From Octopus sinensis (taxonomy: Eukaryota), in the NCBI RefSeq assembly GCF_006345805.1, contig NC_042999.1, positions 90,520,001-90,584,000 of the forward strand: DNA of 64,000 nt. Direction: 5' to 3'. The notes beneath the pieces were generated by a model. That model was not told the DNA's origin, did not search any database, and saw nothing but the letters and a program-made list of their open reading frames with translations. The translations under genes and the position numbers were made by a program. Positions 49,721 to 61,755 of the stretch are shown here, in pieces (within the stretch, counting starts at the first letter, position 1; the number at the start of each line of letters is the position of its first letter).

Positions 49721-51311
49721 TGCATTATATAATTGCCATTACAGTATTGATATATAAAATAACACATACTATTCACTTTTTATTGTCATATAATAAACAA
49801 ACAGAAGTTTGTGCATGAAATTGATCTTGTTTCTACTTCAATTATCACATGTTTTTTTTTTGTATAAAATACACGCATACAGGAGGAGTAAATCAATATA
49901 TATAATAACACTTTAAATGTGGTTCCCGAGAAAGTGTAAAAATAATTTCCCAATCAACGACGGGTATTACTGCTAGTATTAAATGTTTATGCCATTTTGT
50001 ATTTTCTTCCCAGGTGCAGAGAATGATTTCAGGTTGCATCCTTTATATCCATCTTATTGTGGCAATTTACCATCAATTTTTGTGGATTAACTTAAAATAA
50101 TGGTCAGGTCTTCCAAACATGGATTGCCTGATAATTTTATCTTCAAAGGGGAAGGAATGTCTTCAAGGTTAAATTCAGTTTTGTTGGCAGATATTAGGGA
50201 ACTTTATTTTTATTTAGATAAAAAGTGTATATTTCATAGTAGAAAGAAGACATCTAAGACTATTATCATACCTCCATGTCATTTTAACATCCACTTTCCC
50301 ATCCTTGCATGATTTAGTTGGAATTTGTCGAGGCAAATTTTCCATTGCTGGATACCCTTCCTGTCATCACTTTTCACCTGTTTCCAGGGAGGGTAATATT
50401 TTCCCCTTGACCAGACATGTTTCCAAGAAAACTGGGAACAAATTACAGAGCTTGTATGATGATGAAACTTGTTGACAGCTACTACATGATGTTAAGATAA
50501 GAAAACACAAACACACATACCTACACACAAATAATCACACACATATATAATATATACATCTATTCGGGCTTCTTTAGGTTTCCATCTACCAAATTCAGTA
50601 ATGTGATCAATCTAGAAATGCTGGAGTATTGAACTGAAAGCTACATTAAATTAAGTTTCATTTCTCTAGGTTCTCAATTCAAACCCAAGGTCTTTGAAAT
50701 ACACCAACCATATATTAGCTCCTGTTGAAAAGATGTAAATGTTAGAAATAACAGCCAAGTCTCCTTCAAATCATAACCTATAGCCTTTGATAAGAAAAAC
50801 AGACATTATATTATGTTGTCCTATGTATCCCTAAAACGACAGGGTGGTCATAGCTGGAATATATTCAACCATATATTGGTCTGCTTGGTCAGATTTAACC
50901 TATGGTTAAACAACTTGTTCCATACAAAAATGTGGATATGGAAATATAAATGATAAGTTAAAGGAATTAAAAAATTACTTTAAATAAGACATTGCACTTA
51001 AAATGCTCTTAAATGAGACAAGAACTATTTAAATAATCAATAATTATATTTGAATAAGACAGGAATTATGTTTAAATATTGTCAAGCTTACTTTAATCAG
51101 AAAGGATCTATTTACACAATTCAGAGTAAATATACAAACAAAGGATGATATTAACTCTAGTTAGGAAATATATGAGACATAACTGCAGAAATATTTAGAC
51201 TTGTGCAGATGGTCTATGAAGACTCATAACCTTCAAAAGATTATTCTTCAAAAATTAACATCAGAAAATATATTTTATTATTCTTTAATAAAAATTTTAA
51301 AAATCCTTTAA

Positions 51312-51533
51312 CCCTTTTGGTGCCATATTTCTGTTGAGATGCTCTGTCTTTCTTTCAGTTGATTTTAAATATAACAAAGAATTTAGTAAAATAACTAGGT
51401 TATCATTAATCTAGTGTTAGGAACATAAGTTGTTGCTAAGGTTTGGTGGAAGATTTTAATTTAGAACTTTTGAAAACAAGACATTTGTACTACAAAGCCA
51501 GAGGCAGTTTCAGGCAGTTTGCTATCAAAAGGG
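51312..51533. mobile_element. piggyBac-type MITE
   Basis: TTAA-cccttttggtg ... tatcaaaaggg-TTAA. Confidence 0.85.
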
Positions 51534-51898
51534 TTAAGTGTAGTTGAAAATAAAAGTAAAATTCCTTTACATGGCAACCAACTAATTTAATTACATTTTT
51601 GAAGGTGATCACCATTCACAGATGAAATATTCTGTCTATTTCTAGCATTTTAGATTCAATTGATGAATTACAGATTCTCGAAGTATTTACAGAAGATGAG
51701 TTATATTTACAAGAAGCAGAAGCCATAAGCAAACATTTGATTTATCAGTGAGACAACTTAATATGTAGCTGAAGCAATATTTACTGGAGATAAGATCTAT
51801 ATCTGCATGTGGCAAGGTCAATATTTACATGAGGTAAGATCTATATCTGCATGTGACAGAGATTAATGACATATAGCAAGAAGCAGGATGATACTTAA

Positions 51899-52118
51899 CC
51901 CATTACCATGTAAGCCAGCCATATCCAGCCCAATTATTTTACCTGTTTTATGTTCAAACCAGTCAGATCCAGCCTCTCACACTTATCTTACAATGTCAAT
52001 CTAAAAATAAACTATCAGAAAATTAAAATCTTGTAGGTGTGAGACAATGCATGATTAATTCAAAACAATGTACATAAATAAGCATTATATTTGACAGAGT
52101 AATCTGAATGCTAAAGAG
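51899..52118. mobile_element. piggyBac-type MITE, second family
   Basis: TTAA-cccattac ... gctaaagag-TTAA; degenerate TIRs, about 220 bp. Confidence 0.65.
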
Positions 52119-52384
52119 TTAATATCAGGAACAGTGCTGACAATATGATCATAAATGATACAGTTGGTTCCGTGGCAGAACCAGATGTAATTGTGGTAAA
52201 ACAATAGTTAACAGTAAAGAACTTATGAAATGAAATTTCGATACCCACCTAGATGTCTCACTAGACATCTAATTATTGCTGTGCTGTGTTGTGTTAATGA
52301 AAGTATAGCTGCTGTAGATCCAAAGGAATGGAAAATATTTAGGTAGTCAGTAAAAGATCTCTCTCTCTCCCCTCTCTCTCTTTC

Positions 52385-52690
52385 TCTCTCTTTTACTCAT
52401 TCTCTGTAAAAGGCAAACTTCATGAAATTTGTGTAAGAAGTATTATGTTGTATGACAGTGAGACATGACACTGACTGTGGAAAAATCTGTGGAAATTGAA
52501 GTGTGTGATCCACTGGCTCTATAAGTGATATGGCCCACTGGTTCTATAATGCTTATTTTCCATGGGAAGATTGGGTAAAAGAGAGCTAAAAGAAATCCTA
52601 AGCATTTAAAGCATCAACTGAAGTGTGCAGGAGAAATGACTTATAATGTAAATGGACATTGAGTGCTGGATTGCAAAAACGCAAAGTGCT
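52385..52690 (+). mobile_element. Highly degenerate RTE thumb fragment
   Basis: SVKGKLHEICVRSIMLYDSET*, homologous to KGRLYDACVRTAMLHGSETW. Confidence 0.55.
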
Positions 52691-53589
52691 ATTTGCTGTT
52701 GTTTGCTTACTCCAGGCCATCCTAACTCAGTTGACTTATAATGAAAGGTATTGTCAATTGTATCCTTTAACCTTGTCAATTGTATCCTTTAACCAGATAT
52801 AGTGTATGTAGGACTATACAATAATCATTCCAAGGCTATCTTGCTGGCTAGTACAGTTGAATGAACAGAAAGATTTATGAAGAAGCCTTGAGTTCAGTTG
52901 TCAGGATGCTGGGTCTTACATATGAGACAACAAAAATACTAAAACTGATGATATGCTGGATATCTAAACTGTTTAACAGATTCAAACATCGAAACTGGAT
53001 AACCATTGATGCTAGTGATAATGATGCTATTGATGATGGAATCAATATGTATGGGATAGAGCTATACTCGTACAAAACAACGACCAGCAAACAACATATT
53101 TTATCACAAACACACATTTTGCTTCACTTCTACAAACTTATTACTTCACTAGACATGTACATTAAAATTTAAAACAGAAATACTGTATAGATTGATAGGT
53201 TTTCTTTGAGATACAAAGAGACAGATGTTGCAACAAAGCAATCACGCAACAATTAGATTACAGTCTTGTCTTTCATCATTTCCCAGTTTTTTCTTTGTTT
53301 TTTCATTTGTTTGTTTCACGTTTGTTTTTCCATGATAACATGGATGAATTACCGGTATATTTTATTTTTAGATACCCTTCTTGTTGCAAATCCATATCTG
53401 TTGTCAAAAGAAGGATGCTTTTTTCCTCTTCTCTTTGAAAGCTAGATGATTTTATTGACAGGGGTTATCAACAGCTGTTATTGTTTTTAGTTTAATGCAT
53501 TTATGCAAAGCTGTAGAATGTAAACACACACACACACACACATACAAAAGACACATGCACGAACAAACATACATAAGTGTATTTGTATA

Positions 53590-54042
53590 AGGCTGCACAA
53601 GGTTCCATGGTCTGTTTTGGTTTGGTTTCTACAGTTGGATGCCCTTCCTAATGCCAACTAATTTACAGAGTGTATAGGTGTTTGGTTGATCCCAAAATTC
53701 TGAGCCTTAAGGAGATGACAGAGGATCAAGATAAGTGACACATTGCTGTACTCCAGAAGACTAGGCTTCCACAACAGAATTGATACCTTAAAAACAAGGT
53801 GCCATTTAAAATAACATTGGTGTGGGTGCTGGTGCCACATAAAAAGCACCGGTGATGGGGCCATGTAAAAAGCAGCCAGTACACTTTGTAAAGTGGTTAG
53901 CAGTAGGAAGGGCATGCAGCTACAGAAACCATACCAAAACAGACCATGGAACCTTGTGCAGCCCCTGACCTTGTCAGTTTCTGTCAAGCCATCCAACCAA
54001 TGCCTGCATAGAAAACAGATGTTAAATGATGATGATGATGAT
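53590..54042. mobile_element. Family B modules: short minus-strand piece (about 53590-53660) and a plus-strand copy (about 53815-54042)
   Basis: ttggatgcccttcctaatgccaac, and tgctggtgccacataaaaagcacc..ggaagggcatgcagct..gatgatg. Confidence 0.8.
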
Positions 54043-54091
54043 ATGCATGTAAGTTTGGATTTTATTCTCTCAAATAATAATTATTATATAT

Positions 54092-54151
<60 letters not shown>

Positions 54152-54224
54152 ATCTCAAGAGGGTCATTATGCCAAAAATAAACACATGAACTGGTTCTAT
54201 TTCACATCTTGTATTATTATCATA

Positions 54225-54430
54225 AGGCAAAAAGGTGGTGAGCTGGCAGAGTCATTACTGCACTGGACAAAATGCTTAATGCCATTTCTTAAGGGATTTT
54301 GTTCTGAGTTCAAATGCTGCTGAGGTCAACTTTGTTGTCCATCCTTTCAGGGTCAATGAAATATATACCAGTTGAGGACTTACCCCTTCCCCTAAAATTG
54401 CTGGCCTTGTGCCAAAATTTGAAGTCATTA
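54225..54430 (+). mobile_element. SINE family E
   Basis: gtggtgagctggcagagtcatt head, gagttcaaatg, catcctttcagggtcaatg..ggccttgtgccaaaatttgaa. Confidence 0.8.
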
Positions 54431-54927
54431 TTATTATCATAAGTTACTTAGTTAACATCTAGCCAATTAACTAATCAATCATTTGATTAAATGTTTGGTT
54501 AATCAATCAATCAGTTAGGTTTGCCAATGTCCTTTCATTGCCATTAGCAACCACATGAATGACATGCCCTCTCTACTCTAGATCTGTTTCAGATCCTGTT
54601 TTTCAGACCATCACTATTCCACTGTCTATTAGACTTGCCACTGTACACTTATTCACTTTCCCTTTGCCAGCTAGCAGTAATTTCATGGAACACAATTAGC
54701 ATTACTTTATTACCAACTGCTTATTATCCTTTTCATTTAACATCATTTTCATGCAAACTCAGACCATGTCAATTATCTGCTTGTTTTAGAACTGCTTGGC
54801 TTGGGGTAATCTGAGGATGCACAAGAACAATACACAACTTACATCATCACTCTTGTTAATGGAAAAGGCATTAATGTCACATCTTGCTTTTATTTTCTTC
54901 TAAAATTAGGAATATTTTACATACCAT

Positions 54928-55087
54928 AGGTGCAGGAGTGGCTGTGTGGTAAGAAGCTTGCTTCCTAACCATATGGTTCTGGGTTAAGTCCCACTGCATA
55001 GCACTTTGGGCAAGTGACTTATACTATAGCCTTGGGCCAACCAAAGCCTTGTGAGTGGATTTGGTAGACGGAAACTGAAAGAAGCCC

Positions 55088-55125
<38 letters not shown>

Positions 55126-55362
55126 TTTTATATATATGCATATATATATGTATATATGTATGTATTTGTGTGTCTGTGTTTGCTACCCCCCTACCATCGC
55201 TTGACAATTGCTGTTGGTGTGTTTACGTCCCCATAACTAAGCAGTTTGGCAAAAAAGATCAATGGAATAAGAACTAGGCTTACAAAGAATAAGTTCTGGG
55301 ATCGATTTGTTGGACTAAAAGCAGTGCTCCAGCATGACCACAGTCAAATAACTGAAACAAGT
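54928..55362 (+). mobile_element. SINE family A, full length
   Basis: Head ggtgcaggagtggctgtgtggtaagaagc, CORE-like segment, (TG)n and tail. Confidence 0.92.
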
Positions 55363-55544
55363 ATTTCAGCATTTGTCATTGCTGTTATTTTGACAAGGTG
55401 TGGGCAACCTTTTTCAAGAAATACATGGCTCATCATCAGACAGGCCACACTACTAAAAAGAATTCAAGTTAATTTTTTGTTTAGGTCCATGCATGATTTA
55501 CTTAAACCTATATTGACAATTGACAAGACAATTGACAACCAACA

Positions 55545-55945
55545 ACTCCCTTAACCCCTTTGGGGTCATTGGGGTGCTGCAGCCATACAGCACACCTATG
55601 TTGAGAAAGCCTGGCAAAGCCCATCCCTCTCTGGGCTAAACTCATTTCTATAGCTGAGTGGACTGGAGCAACATGAAATGAAATGTTTTGCTCAAGAACA
55701 TAACAAATCGCCTGGTCCAGGGATTGAAACCAGAATTTTACGGTCGTGAATCCAACACCCTTACCACTAAGTGATGTGTTTCCACTAGTGGTACTCATTC
55801 CTACAGCTGAGTGTACTGGAGTTACATGAAGTGAAGTATTTTGTTCAAGAACACAATGTATTGCCCGGTCCAGGAATTGAAATCACAATCTTATGATTGT
55901 GAGCCCAACACCCTAATCACTAAGCCACGCACCGCCACAACTAGC
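55545..55945 (-). mobile_element. Tandem family C SINE heads
   Basis: Two consecutive copies of gctgagtg(g/t)actggag..caagaac..ttgaaa..aacaccct..ccactaag. Confidence 0.8.
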
Positions 55946-57094
55946 CATGTGCCTCCACGGACCTAGATTAGCAAGGATTTAACAGACCAATGATCAAAGC
56001 AGTCTTGTGATAATTGATTGATTGATTGATTGATTGATTCTAGTTTCAGCTCACAAGCTGTGGCCATGCTGGGGCACTGCCATTTGGTGTTGCTACATGG
56101 TTTTACTTCATGAATGCTTTTTAGCAACTGCCATTCTTTTTTTTTCCAAACACAATATACCTGTTTATAAGTTCTAGGATACCTCAATATAACCTTTTTT
56201 TGTTTAAGATAGTAGGGTGAGACTTGATCTAAAGAAGATTTCATTGAAAATTCATGCAGAATGAACATGTATATGAAAGCTCCTTCATTGGCTAGTTTTA
56301 TCATTTGTTGGAAGATCTGGTTATTCTTTGAGGATGAATTTGGGGAATTTAATACCTGTTTATTTGAAGTGATCTTGTGTATCTCATGCTTCAAATAGCT
56401 GGATTTTGTTTATATTTATATCCAGTTAAAAATTAATCTCCAGGCAGGACATGTGCAAAAGCAAAAACAACAAAAGAGTGAAGTCAGTGTTTTTAATATT
56501 GTGGAGGCACTAAAAAGGTGATATGTTTGATATTTCGGATTCTGGTCTTTCATCAAGCTAGGGAAAAGGAGAAGGAAAGAATGAAGCCCACCACCCAAAA
56601 TAATGTAGGTTGAACAATACATAGAGTTTGTTTGGCCGCTAGGAAGTAATGGAATAAAGAAAACAGGCAAAGTGTGATAAGAAAGGAAAATAAAATTGAA
56701 GTTGGTAAGCAGTAATTCACCACCACCAACACCACCATGATCAACAACAACAGCAACAACAATCTGAGTCATGAAGGAGCCTTTATATGATTTTTAAGAT
56801 GCCTGAAACAGCAGTCAAATATCCCTAAAATCAGATCTTAAACATTAGATATTGTAATTTTGGACATACGTCTAAAACAGGCCAAGGCAACTTTTTTCAA
56901 GAAGTGGGTTGCATGTGACATGGCTTATCTTCAGAAGGGTTACTCTACTAAAAAACATTCAAGGTAATGTTGTGTTAAGCTTGTCATTCAGAAAGTCCCA
57001 CAGGGTGCAGTTTGCCTATGTCTATCCTAAAATGATGAAGTGCTCATGGCTAGAATAGTTTTTTAATAAATCAGGAATAACCTGGGGCTAAACA

Positions 57095-57231
57095 GTATCA
57101 TCACCATCATCATAACCATCATCATCATCTTTGTCATCTTCGTTGTTGTCGTAGTCATCATCATCATTGTCATCGTTGTTATCAACTTCATCATCATCAT
57201 CATTATCATTAGTAACAACAACAACAACAGC

Positions 57232-57268
<37 letters not shown>

Positions 57269-57990
57269 GCAACACTCCTCAATATTAGAATTAATAGCCC
57301 CATTTAATGTACTATAAATAGGCACCACCACTACTATCACCCCTACAGTCACTGCCATCACTAATGTTGCTTCCACTGGCACCACCAGCACCATGGCCAC
57401 CACCATCTTTACCACTATTGATACAACTATTTCAAAACATCACGCTTTCCCTTCACTTTTGCTATTCTGTTGCACTGATTATATCAGAATTTTATATTTC
57501 GCTGTAACACCAGAATAAATCATTCACTGCGCTAGGCTTCTTGTAAGTATTGTTTTTTTAGCTCTTTACAATAATAGTGTTCATTAAGGTTATTGGAAGA
57601 AGAAGAAAGAGAAGAAGAAGGAGGAGGAGGAGGAGAAGGCTGAAGCTGAGGAGGAGGAGAATGAGAAGGAGAATGAGTAAGAGGAGAATAAGAGAATAAG
57701 AATAAGGGGGAGGAGGAAAGAAGAAGGGGGAAAAGAGGAAGGAGGGGAAAGAAGAAGAAAAAGAAGACAAAAACGATGAAGAGGAGAAAGCAGAGTAGAA
57801 GCAGAGGAGGAAGGGGAAGAAAAGGATGAAGAAAGAGAAAAAGAAGGCAGAGGAGGGGGAGATGTGGAGGAGAAGACAGAAGAAAAAGAAGAGAAAGGAA
57901 GAGGAGAATGAGAAAGAAGAAGAAAAGAGCATCATCATCATCAGTCATAGTAGAAGTAGTTTTGAGAGGAGGAGGAGGAAGAAGCGAAAT
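57095..57990. repeat. (CAT)n/(CAA)n tracts and a purine-rich (GAA/GGA)n low-complexity tract
   Basis: Directly visible. Confidence 0.93.
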
Positions 57991-58157
57991 AATAAAAATA
58001 AAAATGTATGAAAACAAAAGACAACCCAAAATAAAATATAAATAAGATCCAGTTTTATAATTCTAATATTGTATTTATTATTTTAACAACAAATAACATT
58101 ATACTGAATAACATTAATTATTTGTTTCCATTTTTTTCCTTTATTATTATTATCATT

Positions 58158-58238
<81 letters not shown>

Positions 58239-58874
58239 ACTACTACATCTTGTTTTTCTTCTGTTGTATTGAAGGTATTGTGAAAGTATTTTGGGAATAT
58301 TTTCTTCATCATCTCAGAGAAATAAATGTTTGCATCAACAAAAGAAATGCTTTGTTTGTTTAAATCTGTTTATTCATTTAATTATTGTTTCTGTTTTCTT
58401 TAGATTTTCTATATTTGTGTATGTGTGTGTGTGTGTAAATTGTAGAGTAGAAGAAAATCTACAGATGATGTAAAAAGTTGTTTGACAGGACAGGTAGAAG
58501 GAGATTGGGACCTCTGGATGATATCTCATGGGACTCTAACTCTACGAAGAACTGGGTGAATGATTAGAGCACTTGGCACCTTGAGTTCAAATCTAGCCAA
58601 AGTCAACATTGCATTTTGGACTTTTGAATTTGATAAAAAAATATAAAATGTGTCAATCCAGGGTAGTGGAGTGGAAGAACTGTAAAAACAACAGAGTGGA
58701 TGCTTGGTTGTATTTCCAATGTGGTTCTTTGCATTCTGAGTTCAAATCCTACCATGGGTGGTAGACTTAATCCATTGCCTAGCTTGACACTGTTACAGAG
58801 TACCTTAGGTCTCTTTAACAGAGTCCATTCTCTTGCAAGCATTCAGACCAAGTCTTTGGTTTGAGGATATCTTC

Positions 58875-59372
58875 CTCCCTTCGCCAGTCTTTTTTATCAT
58901 TTATCCTTTACTTATTTCAGTCATTGGAATGCATCCATATGCTGAGGCACTGCCTTGAAATGTTTTGTAAAACAAATCGCCCCGGGACTTATTTTTACGC
59001 CTGGTACTTTTTCTATTGGTTTCTTCTTGTCAAATTGCTAAATTACTGGGATGTCAAGCAGTGGTAGCGGCTAACATAAGCACAAAAATACACACATATA
59101 CATACACACACACAAGTATATATGGGGAGAAGTCACAAAAAAAAAACACAAAAGACGAAGAGAGGTGGTGTAGACAACAAATAGATGTATTAGTTTAATG
59201 CTCGGGAAGTGAAAAAGTCTTTAACATTTCGAGCTTACGCTCCTCCGTCTACCAAATCGACTCAAAATGCTTTGGTCGGGCCGAGGCTATAGTAGAAGAC
59301 ACTTGCCCGAGGTGCTAAGCAGTGGAACAGAACCCAGAACCATGTGGTTGGGAAGCAAGCTTCTTACCACAG
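58875..59372 (-). mobile_element. SINE family A split by an inserted Penelope-like terminal fragment (about 59110-59242)
   Basis: 3' half at about 58875-59100 and 5' half at about 59243-59372, both on the minus strand. Confidence 0.8.
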
Positions 59373-59439
59373 TCACACGGCACCTATATACACACACACA
59401 CATACATACATACATTCATACATATATATATATATACGC

Positions 59440-61455
59440 CATGATATATCGTTAGCTGCTACACACATTTTTTTCTCTCCTTGTTTTGTTCTGTGTATCT
59501 TTCTGTAGAAGAGCGTAGGCTCGAAACTAAAAGACTTTTTCTATTCCTGAGCGCTATACTAATACATCTGTTTGTTTTTACACCACCTGCCTCGTTTTTT
59601 GTTTATTTTCGTAAACTTTCCCTTTATATATATATAGTATATATAATATATATATATATATATATGTATGTAATGTATGTATGTAATGTATGTATGTGTA
59701 TATATATATGTGTGTGTGGTGTGTAAACATGATGATATATGACCTACATTGGACTCCTCATTCGCATAATCACCGAACCTGGAGCTTAACTATAGTCTGT
59801 CCATAGCACTTACTCAGAATTACCTGACACCTTTGAGTCTTATTGACACCATTACCTCTCATAACCTCTCTCTCTCTATATATATGTATATATATATATG
59901 CGTGTATGTATGTATACACACACACATATAGCCGAGTAAGAGCCACTGACAATCATTAATCAAATGTCTCGGATGCTTTATGACTGGCAGTCAGAATAGT
60001 AGCTAGAAAAACTATAATCTCTCATCAAAGTAAATATTTGATTAGGAAGGATACTCCAGATTGTTTCGATGTATCAATGGGCGTGCAAGAATCTGCTGAA
60101 GTCACCGACTTAATTGGAATTTACCTTTTACATTTACTCAAAGACGAATTCCCTGAATTAGAAGGTGGTCTTTACCGCGACGATGCACTATTCTTAGTTA
60201 GAAATACTTCCAACAGGAAACTTGAGCAATACAAAAAGGGATTACACAAATTCTTCAAAAGCCAAGGACTAGCTATCACCATACTTTAGCAACGGACCAT
60301 CAGCAATACTTTAGCAACGGACACAAATCCTACAACAACAATTAATATAATAATAAACACTATAAATATGAACACCACAGCCATAACCTCACTAAAAGGA
60401 CTATTAACACTAATCCCACTAATCACCAAATACACTGTTAATAAAGTAATTAAACCCAAGTAAACGGACAATAAATACCGAAAACAAATAAATATAGATA
60501 AGAACATGAAACCCACACACTTAATAAAATCGAACTTATCTCACAACATCTCATCCTTCTAATAATTTACATGACGCAAAAATCATATTAATAAAGTTAG
60601 GAATAATATAAAAAAAAGAAACCTATACCATATGTAAGAATAGATAACCCACAAAATATAAACTGCTACGATAATGAAGAAATCAACAATAACATCATTT
60701 GGATCAAAATTCTTTTTGCAAAACATCTAAAATCTAATTTTATTAGATCCATGAGAAATCTTATTAAAAAAACTTTCAAAACTCTAAATCTGCAAATATA
60801 TTTAATAAAAAAACGATCAGATTTAAATTTTCAGTATTTCCAAACCTATTTAGGATCATCTCTTCATTTAACAATAAGAAAATAGACCAATTCTATTTTA
60901 AAAAAGCTTCTAATATACCTTCTAACCCCAATAATTCTATGTCTAATAACAGCAATTATCTAGAATAACCAAAACTCAGTTACCCCTAATACATATAGAC
61001 GTAACAACAGAGTACCAACTAATAATTCTAATTGTAATTGTAGAAACCCGAGTACTTGCGAGGTAGATGGTAACTGTAAATTGAACGATGTAGTATATCA
61101 AGTAACAATTATTACCCATAATCTCTCTAAATTTACTTACGTCGGATGTACACAAAATTCTTTCAAATTAAGATTAAATAATCATAAATCATCTTTTAAT
61201 GACCCTAGAAAAGAAAATAGCACAAGTCCATATCAAAAAGGTTTGGCAACTTAAAAAAGCAATAAAGATTACTCTATTTCTTGGAAAATACTCTCTCCAG
61301 CTCTATCTTATTGACATAATAACAAAATCTGCAAATTATACCGAGAGGAGAGTTACAAAATAATGAAAATGAACGGTTTCCTTGTTAATTCGAGAGATGA
61401 AAAGTTCTTTCTTGCAGACATATGTCAAAATTCCTGTTTATTAATCTTAAATAAT
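59440..61455 (+). mobile_element. Degenerate Penelope-like element: terminal-repeat region, RT fragment and C-terminal GIY-YIG
   Basis: CFDVSMG..AEVTDLIGIYLL..GLYRDDAL..GLAITI. Endonuclease relic CNCRNPSTC..VVYQV..YVGCT..FKLRLNNHKSSF..WKIL..CKL..NSRDE. Confidence 0.85.
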
Positions 61456-61755
61456 CTTTCCACCCCACTACCTTAACTACTTTTATCTTATACCTTCTCC
61501 TTATAATTTAGTTTTTTGTATAATACTTCTCCCTACATTATTCCTATCCGTGGTATCAGATTTCTATTTTGTAATAATCTCTACATTAATTATATTACGC
61601 TACTTGGATATACATATGTTATGCAACCACCACCTATATTGTATGACCCACATTTCATGAATATAACACCTGTCCCAAATATTTATATATTCATATACCT
61701 TACCATTTTTCTCAATATATATTTTTAGACAATTTTTGGACCTCTACTTAAATTA

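Noticed and set aside
51770-51860. TGDKIYIC resembling a C2H2 zinc-finger linker
   Set aside because: No C2H2 spacing follows; better explained as a 44-bp duplication.
52250-52271. Perfect 9-bp hairpin tagatgtct-cact-agacatcta
   Set aside because: An isolated short inverted repeat is plausible by chance in 64 kb of AT-rich DNA.
52861-53172. 103-aa ORF as a host gene
   Set aside because: No recognisable motif and no splice context.
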